A stretch of DNA of 32,000 bases, from assembly GCF_008000775.2 (NCBI RefSeq), contig NZ_CP042905.2:1200001-1232000 (forward strand). The letters are read 5' to 3'. Source of the stretch: Promethearchaeum syntrophicum (lineage in GTDB: Archaea > Asgardarchaeota > Lokiarchaeia > Sigyniarchaeales > Promethearchaeaceae). Position numbers and translations under genes: made by a program. The notes beneath the pieces are model-generated. The model was not told the DNA's origin and made no database searches. It saw only the letters and a list, made by a program, of their open reading frames with translations. Positions 1 to 8,307 of the stretch are shown in pieces (the first letter of the stretch is position 1; each line of letters starts with the position of its first letter).

Positions 1-2
1 AA

Positions 3-650
3 TTTCCACTCTATATCATCAGCTATGATACTCATCTTCCCTCGGATCATACCAGTGAATCGATTGCAAGAGATTTTCATGAATTTTTACGAGATATCGT
101 ACAAGAACCTGGAATCATTATGGGTATCTCCTATGGAGGCAGTATTGCAATTCCATTTGCAGCAATGTATCCGGAATGGGTTAATAAATTAATTTTAATG
201 GTGAGTACTTATACCGTGCGCGGTGCCGGGGTTGAGTTAGCCAAAGAATTACTTCGTTTGGCTAAAGAAGGCAAACCATTCACCTTAAAACGCAAGATTG
301 AAGATCTTTACCACTTAAAAATTCTACGAAAAATTTTTCAATTACAATTCTGGCGAGAATGGCCAGATTTAGAAGAATCTATGAATCCGTTGTCAACCTT
401 TATTAATGCATATTCCCATCTTCTGAATTCTCCACAATCAAGAAAGAAGTACTTATCAAAGATCGATGCTCCCACATTAATTATTGGCGGTACCGAAGAT
501 CAATTCGCCAGTGTTGAAGATTATGAAGAAACACGGGATTTGATTCCAAACGCGTTCTTAGAACTGTATGACGGTCAAACTCATACCGTTCCGATTGAAA
601 AAATTTTCGATGTAAGTGACATCATTAAAAAATTCATTCGCAATCAATAA
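3..650 (+). CDS. alpha/beta-fold hydrolase, 5' end cut by window edge
   Basis: The frame stays open from nt 3 up to the listed ATG at 120 (FPLYIISYDTHLPSDHTSESIARDFHEFLRDIVQEPGII-MGISYGGS). It has a nucleophile elbow G-I-S-Y-G-G (GxSxG), then the acid in GGTEDQF and the His in DGQTHTV, matching Ser-Asp-His triad order. Confidence 0.75.
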   Translation, partial: FPLYIISYDTHLPSDHTSESIARDFHEFLRDIVQEPGIIMGISYGGSIAIPFAAMYPEWVNKLILMVSTYTVRGAGVELAKELLRLAKEGKPFTLKRKIEDLYHLKILRKIFQLQFWREWPDLEESMNPLSTFINAYSHLLNSPQSRKKYLSKIDAPTLIIGGTEDQFASVEDYEETRDLIPNAFLELYDGQTHTVPIEKIFDVSDIIKKFIRNQ

Positions 651-676
651 TCTAATTTATGATGACACTATCGAAG

Positions 677-687
677 TTTTTTTTTTT
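677..687 (+). terminator. oligo-T tract (T11) downstream of the hydrolase gene
   Basis: Eleven consecutive T on the + strand, 27 nt after the stop at 648-650. Archaeal termination commonly uses oligo-T. T-runs are frequent in this AT-rich DNA, so support is weak. Confidence 0.35.
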
Positions 688-697
688 AATAAAGGTT

Positions 698-1828
698 CTA
701 TTTCGTTTTGAAAAAATAAGGAATTTCTCCGATATTCTGAGCGACATTTAATGGAGTACCTAATTGATGCAAAATTAGATGTATTTTTTGTTCCAATTCA
801 TCACATTTGTTCAGTGTTTCAGACCAATTTAAAGCGCAAATCAAAGGTAATAAATCAGGAAACCCCTTGGAAAAATAATGAGTTTGGGTTTTAGAAAAGG
901 GAAGATATTCTCCAAAATATTTCTGTGGATTATCAAGATAGGATAATCGATCTCCAATCCAAAGTTGTAATTCAGAGGCGGCATAAGATGCAGTCATTAA
1001 ATCTTGTTTTTTGCAAGCAGCGCGAATTTTATTTAAATATTCAAGAAAACCCAAGAATTCTTCCTTTATATCATGAACTGGAGGATCTAAAGTTTCAATA
1101 TAAGCGTTTTCAATATCTTTCTGAGTTCTTTCCGATAGTTCCTCACATACGGTTAAAATTTGATTCCAGTCTTGAGATACTAGAAGAGTTTCTACTTTTT
1201 CTGGAAAATGTTTTGGTAGTTTTGAAAATTGAAATGCTTCATGCATATTAGATCCCCAGTTTTTTGTAAGATATGTGTCATTTAATCGAGCATACACAGT
1301 GATTATATTAAAAATAAGTTCCCAAATTCCGTAGCGACCACTAACCCGATCATTGATTTTAATAGATTGTTTTAAATGATAAAATATACTCCACGGGTGA
1401 TAATCTTTCTTTATCAATGCCACATTGTTTTTATGATCACTAATTATTTTTCTAATCTTCTGTTGAAATTTTGTAAAACGATTTGTACATTTTTCACCTC
1501 TACTATAAAGTATTTTACAATCAAGAAGTCCAGAAATTTGGTATAGCCACATCGATGATTTAATTTCTGTGGTTGTTTTTTCCAATTTTTCAAAAGAACT
1601 TGCCCATGCATCAACAGGATGCTCTTGAAACATAAAGTTTAGATTTACTTGTGATTTAAATTGTTCTTTATCAGCCTCTGAATCAAATAAAGTAATCATA
1701 TCTAAATCAGAATATTGTGAACTGGAATCTCGGGCGACCGATCCATAAACTACTATGAGTTCTATCTCTGCAATGGATTTACTTAAAGTAGAGGCTATCT
1801 CTTCAGCAAGTTCGAGAAGTGATGACAT
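698..1828 (-). CDS. nucleotidyltransferase-domain protein (Pol-beta superfamily) with large helical C-terminal region
   Basis: NTase signature IVVYGSVARDSSSQYSDLDMITLF (G-S ... D-x-D) lies near the N-terminus, followed by about 300 aa that look helical. I prefer the ATG at 1828 (MSSLLELAEEIA) over the longest-ORF ATG at 1894. The extra 22 codons are low-complexity, and a TATA-like TTTATATT lies about 21 nt upstream of 1828, which would fit a leaderless mRNA. Confidence 0.7.
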   Translation of the reverse strand: MSSLLELAEEIASTLSKSIAEIELIVVYGSVARDSSSQYSDLDMITLFDSEADKEQFKSQVNLNFMFQEHPVDAWASSFEKLEKTTTEIKSSMWLYQISGLLDCKILYSRGEKCTNRFTKFQQKIRKIISDHKNNVALIKKDYHPWSIFYHLKQSIKINDRVSGRYGIWELIFNIITVYARLNDTYLTKNWGSNMHEAFQFSKLPKHFPEKVETLLVSQDWNQILTVCEELSERTQKDIENAYIETLDPPVHDIKEEFLGFLEYLNKIRAACKKQDLMTASYAASELQLWIGDRLSYLDNPQKYFGEYLPFSKTQTHYFSKGFPDLLPLICALNWSETLNKCDELEQKIHLILHQLGTPLNVAQNIGEIPYFFKTK

Positions 1829-1926
1829 ATACAATTCTTTGGTGAAGAAATATAAAAAAATTTTGAATTTACATAAGCCCAATTTGAATTCCATACTTTT
1901 TTTACTAAGAAGATAGAATAATACTT

Positions 1927-2832
1927 ATGACTTTTTCAATCGTAGCTTTTGATCCCAAAACGGGGGATTTAGGCGTTGCCGTTCAAAGTAAGTTTCCATG
2001 TGTCGGATCAGTGGTTCCTTGGGCAAAAGCTAATGTAGGAGCCATAGCAACTCAAGCATTTGTGAATACCACCTATGGTCCGATGGGTTTAAAACTCCTT
2101 GAAGAAGGATATTCTGCTAGTGAAGTGCTATCAAAACTTCTAAAAGATGATGATTTACGTGAACAACGGCAAGTGGGTATAATTGATGCTAAAGGAAATG
2201 CCGTAGCATTTACGGGAAAAGAATGTTTTTATTGGGCTGGGCAAGTAGTTGGAGAGAATTTTAGTTGTCAAGGAAATATTCTGGTTAGTGATGAAACCGT
2301 CAGAAGTATGGCTGAAGCTTTTAAAGAAACGGAGGGAGATCTTGCAGATAAATTATTAGCTGTTTTATCTGCGGCCGATGAAGAAGGTAGGGGAGATGTT
2401 CGAGGAAAACAGTCTGCAAATTTATTAATTGTTAGGGAAAAAGGGGGATATGGTGGTTATACTGATATAATGGTCGATATTAGGGTAGATGATCATAAAG
2501 AACCAATAAAGGAACTCAAACGGATATTTCATATATATGATATGATAATGCTTGAACGAGAAGATCCAATGAACTTAATTAAAATCGAAGGTGATGTTTC
2601 TCTAAATATAAAGCGTGTTCTTATTGAGTTGGGATATTTAAAAAAAGATCCAAATAAAATTTCGGACCTATGGGAGGAAATAGATAGTAAGGCTTTTGAA
2701 AATTGGATTGGTATTAATAATTATGAAAACAAATGGAAAACTGATGGGACTGTTTGGAAATCAGTTTATAATTACTTAATTAAAGAAAAAGGCACCCCAA
2801 TGGTTCAACTTAAAAAAATGTCTGAGATTTAA
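1927..2832 (+). CDS. DUF1028 family protein (Ntn-hydrolase-like) with C-terminal putative peptidoglycan-binding-type helical domain
   Basis: MTFSIVAFDPKTGDLGVAVQSKFPCVGSVVPWAKANVGAIATQAF matches the conserved N-terminus of DUF1028 proteins as I recall it. The tail IKRVLIELGYLKKDP...AFENWIGINNYENKW resembles the PG_binding-like domain that often ends this family. Confidence 0.75.
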   Translation: MTFSIVAFDPKTGDLGVAVQSKFPCVGSVVPWAKANVGAIATQAFVNTTYGPMGLKLLEEGYSASEVLSKLLKDDDLREQRQVGIIDAKGNAVAFTGKECFYWAGQVVGENFSCQGNILVSDETVRSMAEAFKETEGDLADKLLAVLSAADEEGRGDVRGKQSANLLIVREKGGYGGYTDIMVDIRVDDHKEPIKELKRIFHIYDMIMLEREDPMNLIKIEGDVSLNIKRVLIELGYLKKDPNKISDLWEEIDSKAFENWIGINNYENKWKTDGTVWKSVYNYLIKEKGTPMVQLKKMSEI

Positions 2833-3838
2833 AATCTGTTTTTTTTCCCATTATTTCTAAACCCCCATAATTACTTTGGTCTCTAAAAACTAGCTCATAG
2901 TTTTTATCCGGATTATAATTCTTATTCTTTTTTAAAAAAGTGATTTTTAATTGTGCTTTAATAGTTTCTGCGCATTTTGCTGTCATTTGTCCTTTGATGG
3001 GAGCTTTCATTAAACCGGTGGAAATTATCGGATTTTTACTTTTTGAGGCTTGAATATAAAGCAAATATTTAGGAGAATGCACAATAATTTTGCATAATTC
3101 TGGAGATATCGTTTCAATTCGATATTGACTTAAATTATATGTTGCAAACCGATGAAATTCTCCTTTATCATATAAAACGCACAAAAAACCTGTGAATTGT
3201 ATCCCTAAATAATTTATTTGTGCAATAGAAAGCATAAAAGATCTCTCTGATTCTTCAAAATGATTTCCTTGCATCCATATCCATTTTTTTGGAAAAGAAT
3301 CTCCCCAATCTTTTTCAATATATCCTTTTCCACCAGCAAATGAAATTTTATTGTTATTATATTTTAAATCACCAAGGATTCCATGGTTCATCGATACAAT
3401 CCCGTGATAACATTCCATTTTGGGTAAATATGAAAATATTCCCATAATTCCAGAATTTATGCCATGAAAGGGTATTGGGTTTAAATTTTCAAATTTAAGG
3501 GTTCCTTTTAACTGAATTACGGCAGATTGAACATCAATGTGAATAAATTTTTTCGAAAAATAGTTCTTGCCAATTTTAATTTCAAATATATTCTTCTTTG
3601 TACTGAAATCTGAAATTGGAAACGTTAAATAATAATATTTTGCTGTTATTCCATCCAATATTTGAATAAATGCATGAGAATTAGATTCTTGGGAATTTAA
3701 AGCAATACCGGGAATTATTGCTAAGATAGTTTTTTTCGTAAAATCAACAATTTTAAAATACCACCCTTCAAAATATTGCTTTTTTTGAAATTTTCCTTGA
3801 AAAATAGAAGGATTTTGAATTTGGAAGAAACTCTTCAT
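2810..3838 (-). CDS. tocopherol cyclase (VTE1) family protein
   Basis: Collinear motif matches to plant VTE1, recalled from memory. YFEGWYFKI matches [33 protein letters not shown] matches [37 protein letters not shown] matches LVCVHYDGKMYEF. GGLEIMG matches AAVEIGGG. Confidence 0.8.
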   Translation of the reverse strand: [342 protein letters not shown]

Positions 3839-3902
3839 TAAATATAATTTTATTTTAACACACTATTTATTTACTCGCATTTATTTTTATAAAATTCAAT
3901 TA

Positions 3903-3994
3903 ATTAGGATAAAAAACATCTAGGTATTCTTGAATGTATATCCAATTGTAGCTTTGCTGGAATACTTAAAATATCCTTATTTTTCAAAAAAGTG
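3903..3994 (-). pseudogene. decayed copy of the 3' end (last winged-helix-like repeat, stop codon and 3' flank) of the 744-aa gene at 5079-7313
   Basis: The minus-strand reading of 3920-3991 gives HFFEK*GYFKYSSKATIGYTFKNT*. The true gene end is DILKKQGYLKYSRSAPRGYSFKNT*. The terminal FKNT-stop is the same, and an in-frame TAA replaces the CAA (Gln). The 3' flank also matches: TAGGATAAAAAACATCTA at 3905-3922 versus TAGGAAAAAATCTA at 5068-5081. This fragment is not in the ORF track. Confidence 0.45.
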
Positions 3995-4032
3995 ATTATT
4001 ACAGCTATTTCTCATTAAATCAAAAAGGATTT

Positions 4033-5019
4033 CTAAATTTCAGACTTATTTTTAGTATTCTTTAATTCATGTCTTTTTCTACGATAATACACAATGGGTC
4101 TGTCACCTTGAATTAAATTTTCATCAGATTTCCAACTGGAAGATTTAGGTGATTGAGTTTCCACAACACGTCGATCTTGATGGAGTATTATGATACTACC
4201 TAATTTTCCAAAAAATGATGCAATTTGTTTCAATATAGGAAATTTTAGAAATCGTTGGTAAAATCTGGCATAAACCAGTGTATTTGCTTCATCAACTGGT
4301 GTGAATGCCACAAAAATTCTTCCGTCTTTAGATAATTTATTTTGCCATATATGAGGAAATTTAAAATACAGCATTGGCGGATATGGTGGCTTTTCTAAAT
4401 CTGTGATTTTTTTTGGCAATTTTCCATTTTCTTTACGATTCATAAACCACACTGTTTCAAGATCATCTGCAATTTCTACGATCGGACCTTCAACCACAGT
4501 TCTTCCTCCTCTACCAATTGTATTGTGATGAACATAAGGTAAATGAACCACATCAAGCTGATTTTCTATTACCCGAGAATAATGAGTCTTCCATTGGTCA
4601 CGGATAGTATAATAATGAAAATCATCCGATAAATCATCAAACCATGGAATGGGAGGATACTCTTCGCGAGGTTCACCCCACCATATCCATATAAATCCAT
4701 GTTTTTCTCTTACTATATAATTCTTAACTTGAAATCGATCTGGGACAACTGCTTTAATACTATTCGCAGGAATCAGTTTGCATTTCCCTGTACTATCATA
4801 TTCTAAACCGTGAAATGGGCATTGAATATTATCATTAATAATTTTTCCCAAACTTAAAGCAGCCCCTCGATGAGAGCACTTATCAAATAAACAATGAATT
4901 TGGTTTTTATTATCGCGCCATAAAACTAATTTTTCGCCAAGTCGGAGAACACTTATTGGTTTATTCTTTTTTCGCACTTCTTTACAATCTAAAATCGCAT
5001 ACCACTGATTTCTAATCAT
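4033..5019 (-). CDS. Rieske [2Fe-2S] non-heme iron oxygenase, alpha-subunit type
   Basis: Rieske ligands CSHRGAALSLGKIINDNIQCPFHG (C-x-H ... C-x2-H). A downstream mononuclear-iron motif NQLDVVHLPYVHH (D-x2-H-x4-H) is also present. Confidence 0.85.
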   Translation of the reverse strand: MIRNQWYAILDCKEVRKKNKPISVLRLGEKLVLWRDNKNQIHCLFDKCSHRGAALSLGKIINDNIQCPFHGLEYDSTGKCKLIPANSIKAVVPDRFQVKNYIVREKHGFIWIWWGEPREEYPPIPWFDDLSDDFHYYTIRDQWKTHYSRVIENQLDVVHLPYVHHNTIGRGGRTVVEGPIVEIADDLETVWFMNRKENGKLPKKITDLEKPPYPPMLYFKFPHIWQNKLSKDGRIFVAFTPVDEANTLVYARFYQRFLKFPILKQIASFFGKLGSIIILHQDRRVVETQSPKSSSWKSDENLIQGDRPIVYYRRKRHELKNTKNKSEI

Positions 5020-5078
5020 GTTATTTTAAGTTTGGTTTGAATATTAATTAATATTTATATTAAAAAGTAGGAAAAAAT

Positions 5079-7313
5079 CTATGTGTTCTTAAAACTGTAT
5101 CCTCTTGGAGCACTTCTGGAATATTTTAAATATCCTTGCTTTTTCAAAATATCAAATAATTGTTCAGGGCTATAATTACCATGAAGAGTTAGTTCAAATT
5201 CAAATTTATTTAGAACTGCGTTCTTTGAGGTCATAATCTTGGTTTTTTCAAATATTTTTTTCACCTGCATTAAAATTACATCTTCTATTCGGGTTTCAGA
5301 TTCTATTTTTTCTGCAGTAACTTCTTCCGGGATGATTTCCTTTAAATTTTTTCCTTCAATATAATGGTATCCTCTTGGTTTTTTCGCAGAATAAGAGATT
5401 ATAGATCGATCTTTTAAGATTTTTAATAATTTTTCTGCAAGGTTCGTTCCTAAATTAAATTTGTCAAATTCTTCAAATATTTTTGCTTTAGAAGATATAA
5501 ATTGTTGATCGCGAAATATTTTCCTTCCTTCTTCTATCATTTCATCGGTAATTGTAGGTTTTAAAGCAACTTTTACAAGTGTCGAAGGTTCTTCTGAACC
5601 GATAAATGTATATCCTCGGGGTGCTGAACGAGAGTAAGTTAAAAACATTTTCGATTTGAAATAATCAAATATTGGACTGATTTCTATTTCTGGGATATCA
5701 TTATTCCGTAATAAATTAATTAAAATCGCTTTTGAAGCAAAAAATCGTTCTTTTTCTAATATAGATTGCGCTTTCTCAAGCATTGGACTTTCAATTATTT
5801 TTTGGATAGTCCTGGTTTTGATAGGCGCTTTTGGTTTCGAAATAGTATCACTTGGAGATGTTTGATCTACTAAATAGTACCCACGGGGATTTGCACGTTG
5901 GTACCTAATTATTTCATGTTCTTTTAAATTATTAAAAAATTTATTCGCTTGTACTCCGTCAAGTCCTCCCGAAGCAAAAGCTGCGAATAATTTTGCTTTT
6001 GTTTCAAAATATTCTACATCATTAAAAATTGTTGGAATTAATTCAGACTGGGGAATTTCTGTCGAATATCTTCTAATTCTTTTAGCATTTCCTGCCGAAG
6101 CTGATTCAAATTCATCGTTTGATGCTGCGATCTCTGACTGTGACTCATCCGCCGCGAGAGCATAAGCGGAGTCATTGCCCGTACTGAAAAGAGAAGCAAC
6201 TTCTTCAGTTTCACCCTCAATTGGAACAGGGTGGAATGGTGCTGCCATTAATGGTTCTAAAATTTCTGACCCATAATGGAAATCATTTATAATATTAATT
6301 GCATAATCATAACCCGCAAAAATAATATCCTTTTCTGAATTTAATGTAAAATCTGTTGTTAATATCCTGTTTATAACTCCGTGTATTTTATATCGCCATC
6401 TTCTGCGAATTTGAGATAACAATGCATCGGGGAATTCAAATGAAATTAAAAAAGCTGACCCCATTCCAAGTAATACCTCATTTCGAGAATTTCCATTGAT
6501 ATCAGAAATTAAAATTGAAGTAATACGATCTTCTACGGGGGTTTTTAGAATAATGTTACCATACATATCTAAGAAATACAAATTTTTATCATTTCCACCA
6601 GTTACAATATACGGATATCCTGAAGAATCTAAAATCCCAATATCACAAGCTAGAAGCGGTTTTTCTCCTGAAAATTCCCAAATTAGGGTGCCATTAAGAG
6701 AATTTAGAACTGATAATCCTCCTTCTTTAAATATAATAACTATTTCTAAACGATTGTTCCATAAAACATCTGCAATTTTTACGGATTGGATTCTAAAAGG
6801 TAACTCTTTACGCCATAGTTCTTCTAAACCACTTTCAGTAAGAGAAAATACTCGTAAAGTTTTGTCCCAAGAGCCTGCAATGATTTCTAAATTAGAATCC
6901 CCATTTAGATCGGCAGTAGTACAGCTATTTACGAAATTTTCAAACGTTTCAGAACAAAATTCGAAAAAGTTCTTTGTTTCTTCGTCAAATTTTAGAACTC
7001 TTAAAGTATTATCTCCTAAACCAATTATGATTTCAGATTTCCCATTTTTTGTTAGATCTGCGGTAGACACACATCTAACCCATGTTGAAAATTCAATTTT
7101 TTGAAAAATTTCTAACCTGTTAAAATTTAAAATATACAAGTTATTATCTTGATTGGCAACTGCTATGAATTTATCCCTTTCATTCTCTCCGATCGAAACT
7201 ATAGCGGCATCCCTAATAACACTGGGTAATTTTTTACGGAGAATAGAATGAATATGTTGCACAATCATCGATTTTTCATGACCTCGATTTTCAGTAGAGA
7301 CGGTTCTTTCCAT
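5079..7313 (-). CDS. cytoplasmic 7-blade FG-GAP/WD40-like beta-propeller protein with acidic linker and four C-terminal winged-helix-like repeats
   Basis: Seven blade-like units, e.g. ADLTKNGKSEIIIGLGDNTLRVLKF, ADLNGDSNLEIIAGSWDKTLRVFSL, LDSSGYPYIVTGGNDKNLYFLDM and SDINGNSRNEVLLGMGSAF. I see no signal peptide. The C-terminal third holds four repeats, each ending in Y-(S/Q)-(R/A)-x-x-P-R-G-Y. Confidence 0.75.
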   Translation of the reverse strand: MERTVSTENRGHEKSMIVQHIHSILRKKLPSVIRDAAIVSIGENERDKFIAVANQDNNLYILNFNRLEIFQKIEFSTWVRCVSTADLTKNGKSEIIIGLGDNTLRVLKFDEETKNFFEFCSETFENFVNSCTTADLNGDSNLEIIAGSWDKTLRVFSLTESGLEELWRKELPFRIQSVKIADVLWNNRLEIVIIFKEGGLSVLNSLNGTLIWEFSGEKPLLACDIGILDSSGYPYIVTGGNDKNLYFLDMYGNIILKTPVEDRITSILISDINGNSRNEVLLGMGSAFLISFEFPDALLSQIRRRWRYKIHGVINRILTTDFTLNSEKDIIFAGYDYAINIINDFHYGSEILEPLMAAPFHPVPIEGETEEVASLFSTGNDSAYALAADESQSEIAASNDEFESASAGNAKRIRRYSTEIPQSELIPTIFNDVEYFETKAKLFAAFASGGLDGVQANKFFNNLKEHEIIRYQRANPRGYYLVDQTSPSDTISKPKAPIKTRTIQKIIESPMLEKAQSILEKERFFASKAILINLLRNNDIPEIEISPIFDYFKSKMFLTYSRSAPRGYTFIGSEEPSTLVKVALKPTITDEMIEEGRKIFRDQQFISSKAKIFEEFDKFNLGTNLAEKLLKILKDRSIISYSAKKPRGYHYIEGKNLKEIIPEEVTAEKIESETRIEDVILMQVKKIFEKTKIMTSKNAVLNKFEFELTLHGNYSPEQLFDILKKQGYLKYSRSAPRGYSFKNT
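5082..6020 (-). repeat. 4 in-frame tandem protein repeats of about 81-90 aa (periods 267/243/270 nt)
   Basis: The PRGY Tyr codons sit at 5877, 5610, 5367 and 5097. The repeat ends read IIRYQRANPRGYYLV, FLTYSRSAPRGYTFI, IISYSAKKPRGYHYI and YLKYSRSAPRGYSFK. Each is preceded by a helical F-x-(S/T)-K-A/N-x-(L/I) segment. Confidence 0.8.
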
Positions 7314-7389
7314 AAAAAACTTGCACTAAATTATTCTTAAATATTATGATAATATCTGGATGTTTCGTTTTAGAAAAAATAAAAATGTG

Positions 7390-8307
7390 TTAATTTAAAT
7401 CAGAATGGTGAAAATCAGTAGTTGTAGAGGTTGGTGTTGTTAAAACTTTCGTATTTCTTAGTCTGAGCTGAGAATAAGACCATATTTGTTTTGCCCGAGT
7501 TCGTAAGGTAACCTCAGTAATTCGCGCAATTTGAGCAATACTTGATTGAGTTCGCTTTTCTTCAGTATCTTTAGCTGCGAGATATAAAGTTGCAGCTGCA
7601 ATTCCTTTCGGATCTTTTCCCGTTCGTTCTAAACCCGCTCTTCTGGCTGTAAAAAGAAGTTTCTTAGCTTTTTGTTGAATTGGCATGGATAATTTTAATT
7701 CATTTCCAAACCGAAATATTAAACGTTCCGAACAAATTGGGCTATACCTCAATCCTAATTCTGGTAGAACTTCACGCACTATCAAAGCTAGTGATTTATG
7801 TATGTTTCTAAGTGGAAGAAGTGAAAAATCAACGACCTCTTCTAAAAGTCTGGGATATTGATGAACCCGTATTGCAGCATAGACGCTGGCAGCGATGAAA
7901 CCTTCAATTGAACGTCCCATAGTCAATTTTTTTTTTGCGGAAATTTTATAAATAGACCAAGCTGTTTCTTGGATAAAATTTGGAATTGCTAAACGATTAG
8001 AGAGGGTACTCAACTTTGGTTTAGCTTCCCAATAATTTCTCTCAAGAGAATTTATCAAAGAACCTTGAATTTTACTAAGTCTAGCAAATAATGCCCTACG
8101 TTGCGGTTGAAGTTGTTTACCTCTAGCATCAGTATTAAAATTTCCAATAATCGTTCTATTCCCGAAACATCTCCAAAGAGGTTCTGTACGGCGTCTACTG
8201 CTAATTTCACTTGCATTATATGCTCTACGTTCTGAATTAATGAGATAAGGTGACAAAACTGTACCACAATTCACACAAACAAACTCTGATGAATTATTCA
8301 AGATCAA
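7390..8307 (-). CDS. tfb: transcription initiation factor TFB (TFIIB family) paralog, N-terminus uncertain
   Basis: Second Zn-ribbon knuckle FVCVNCGTVL. Two cyclin-fold repeats: GFIAASVYAAIRVHQYPRLLEEV and GIAAATLYLAAKDTEEKRTQSSIAQIARITEVTLRTRAKQI. The listed start is TTG. The frame stays open upstream to 8424 with no ATG, GTG or TTG. Confidence 0.85.
   Translation of the reverse strand: MILNNSSEFVCVNCGTVLSPYLINSERRAYNASEISSRRRTEPLWRCFGNRTIIGNFNTDARGKQLQPQRRALFARLSKIQGSLINSLERNYWEAKPKLSTLSNRLAIPNFIQETAWSIYKISAKKKLTMGRSIEGFIAASVYAAIRVHQYPRLLEEVVDFSLLPLRNIHKSLALIVREVLPELGLRYSPICSERLIFRFGNELKLSMPIQQKAKKLLFTARRAGLERTGKDPKGIAAATLYLAAKDTEEKRTQSSIAQIARITEVTLRTRAKQIWSYSQLRLRNTKVLTTPTSTTTDFHHSDLN

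Noticed and set aside
925-1251. 108-aa + strand ORF inside the NTase gene. The same applies to 8055-8267, 8730-8924, 14102-14302, 16065-16247, 19981-20193, 22635-22862 and 24110-24382.
   Set aside because: All overlap stronger CDS calls on the other strand or in another frame and have no motif support.
698-1894. NTase as the antitoxin or toxin half of an MNT-HEPN module.
   Set aside because: There is no adjacent small HEPN gene and I found no R-x4-6-H motif in the C-terminal region. The protein is far larger than typical MNT components.
4033-5019. Rieske gene as cargo of a mobile element, given the flanking direct repeats.
   Set aside because: I saw no transposase or integrase, no terminal inverted repeats and no tRNA target. 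Only the duplicated gene end is observable, so I make no mobile_element call.
5082-6020. Interpreting the four WH-like repeats as ESCRT-II (Vps22/25/36-type) tandem winged helices.
   Set aside because: I could identify no sequence motif shared with ESCRT-II families, and the PRGY wing signature is not one I associate with them. The propeller fusion and the TFB neighbour give no ESCRT context (no Vps4 or ESCRT-III nearby).
6496-7104. 202-aa + strand ORF, plus the 60-aa ORF at 6038-6220 (-), inside the propeller gene.
   Set aside because: These are shadow or alternate-frame ORFs within a well-supported 744-aa CDS. They show no motifs and have low-complexity S/F/I-rich composition typical of antisense reading in AT-rich DNA.
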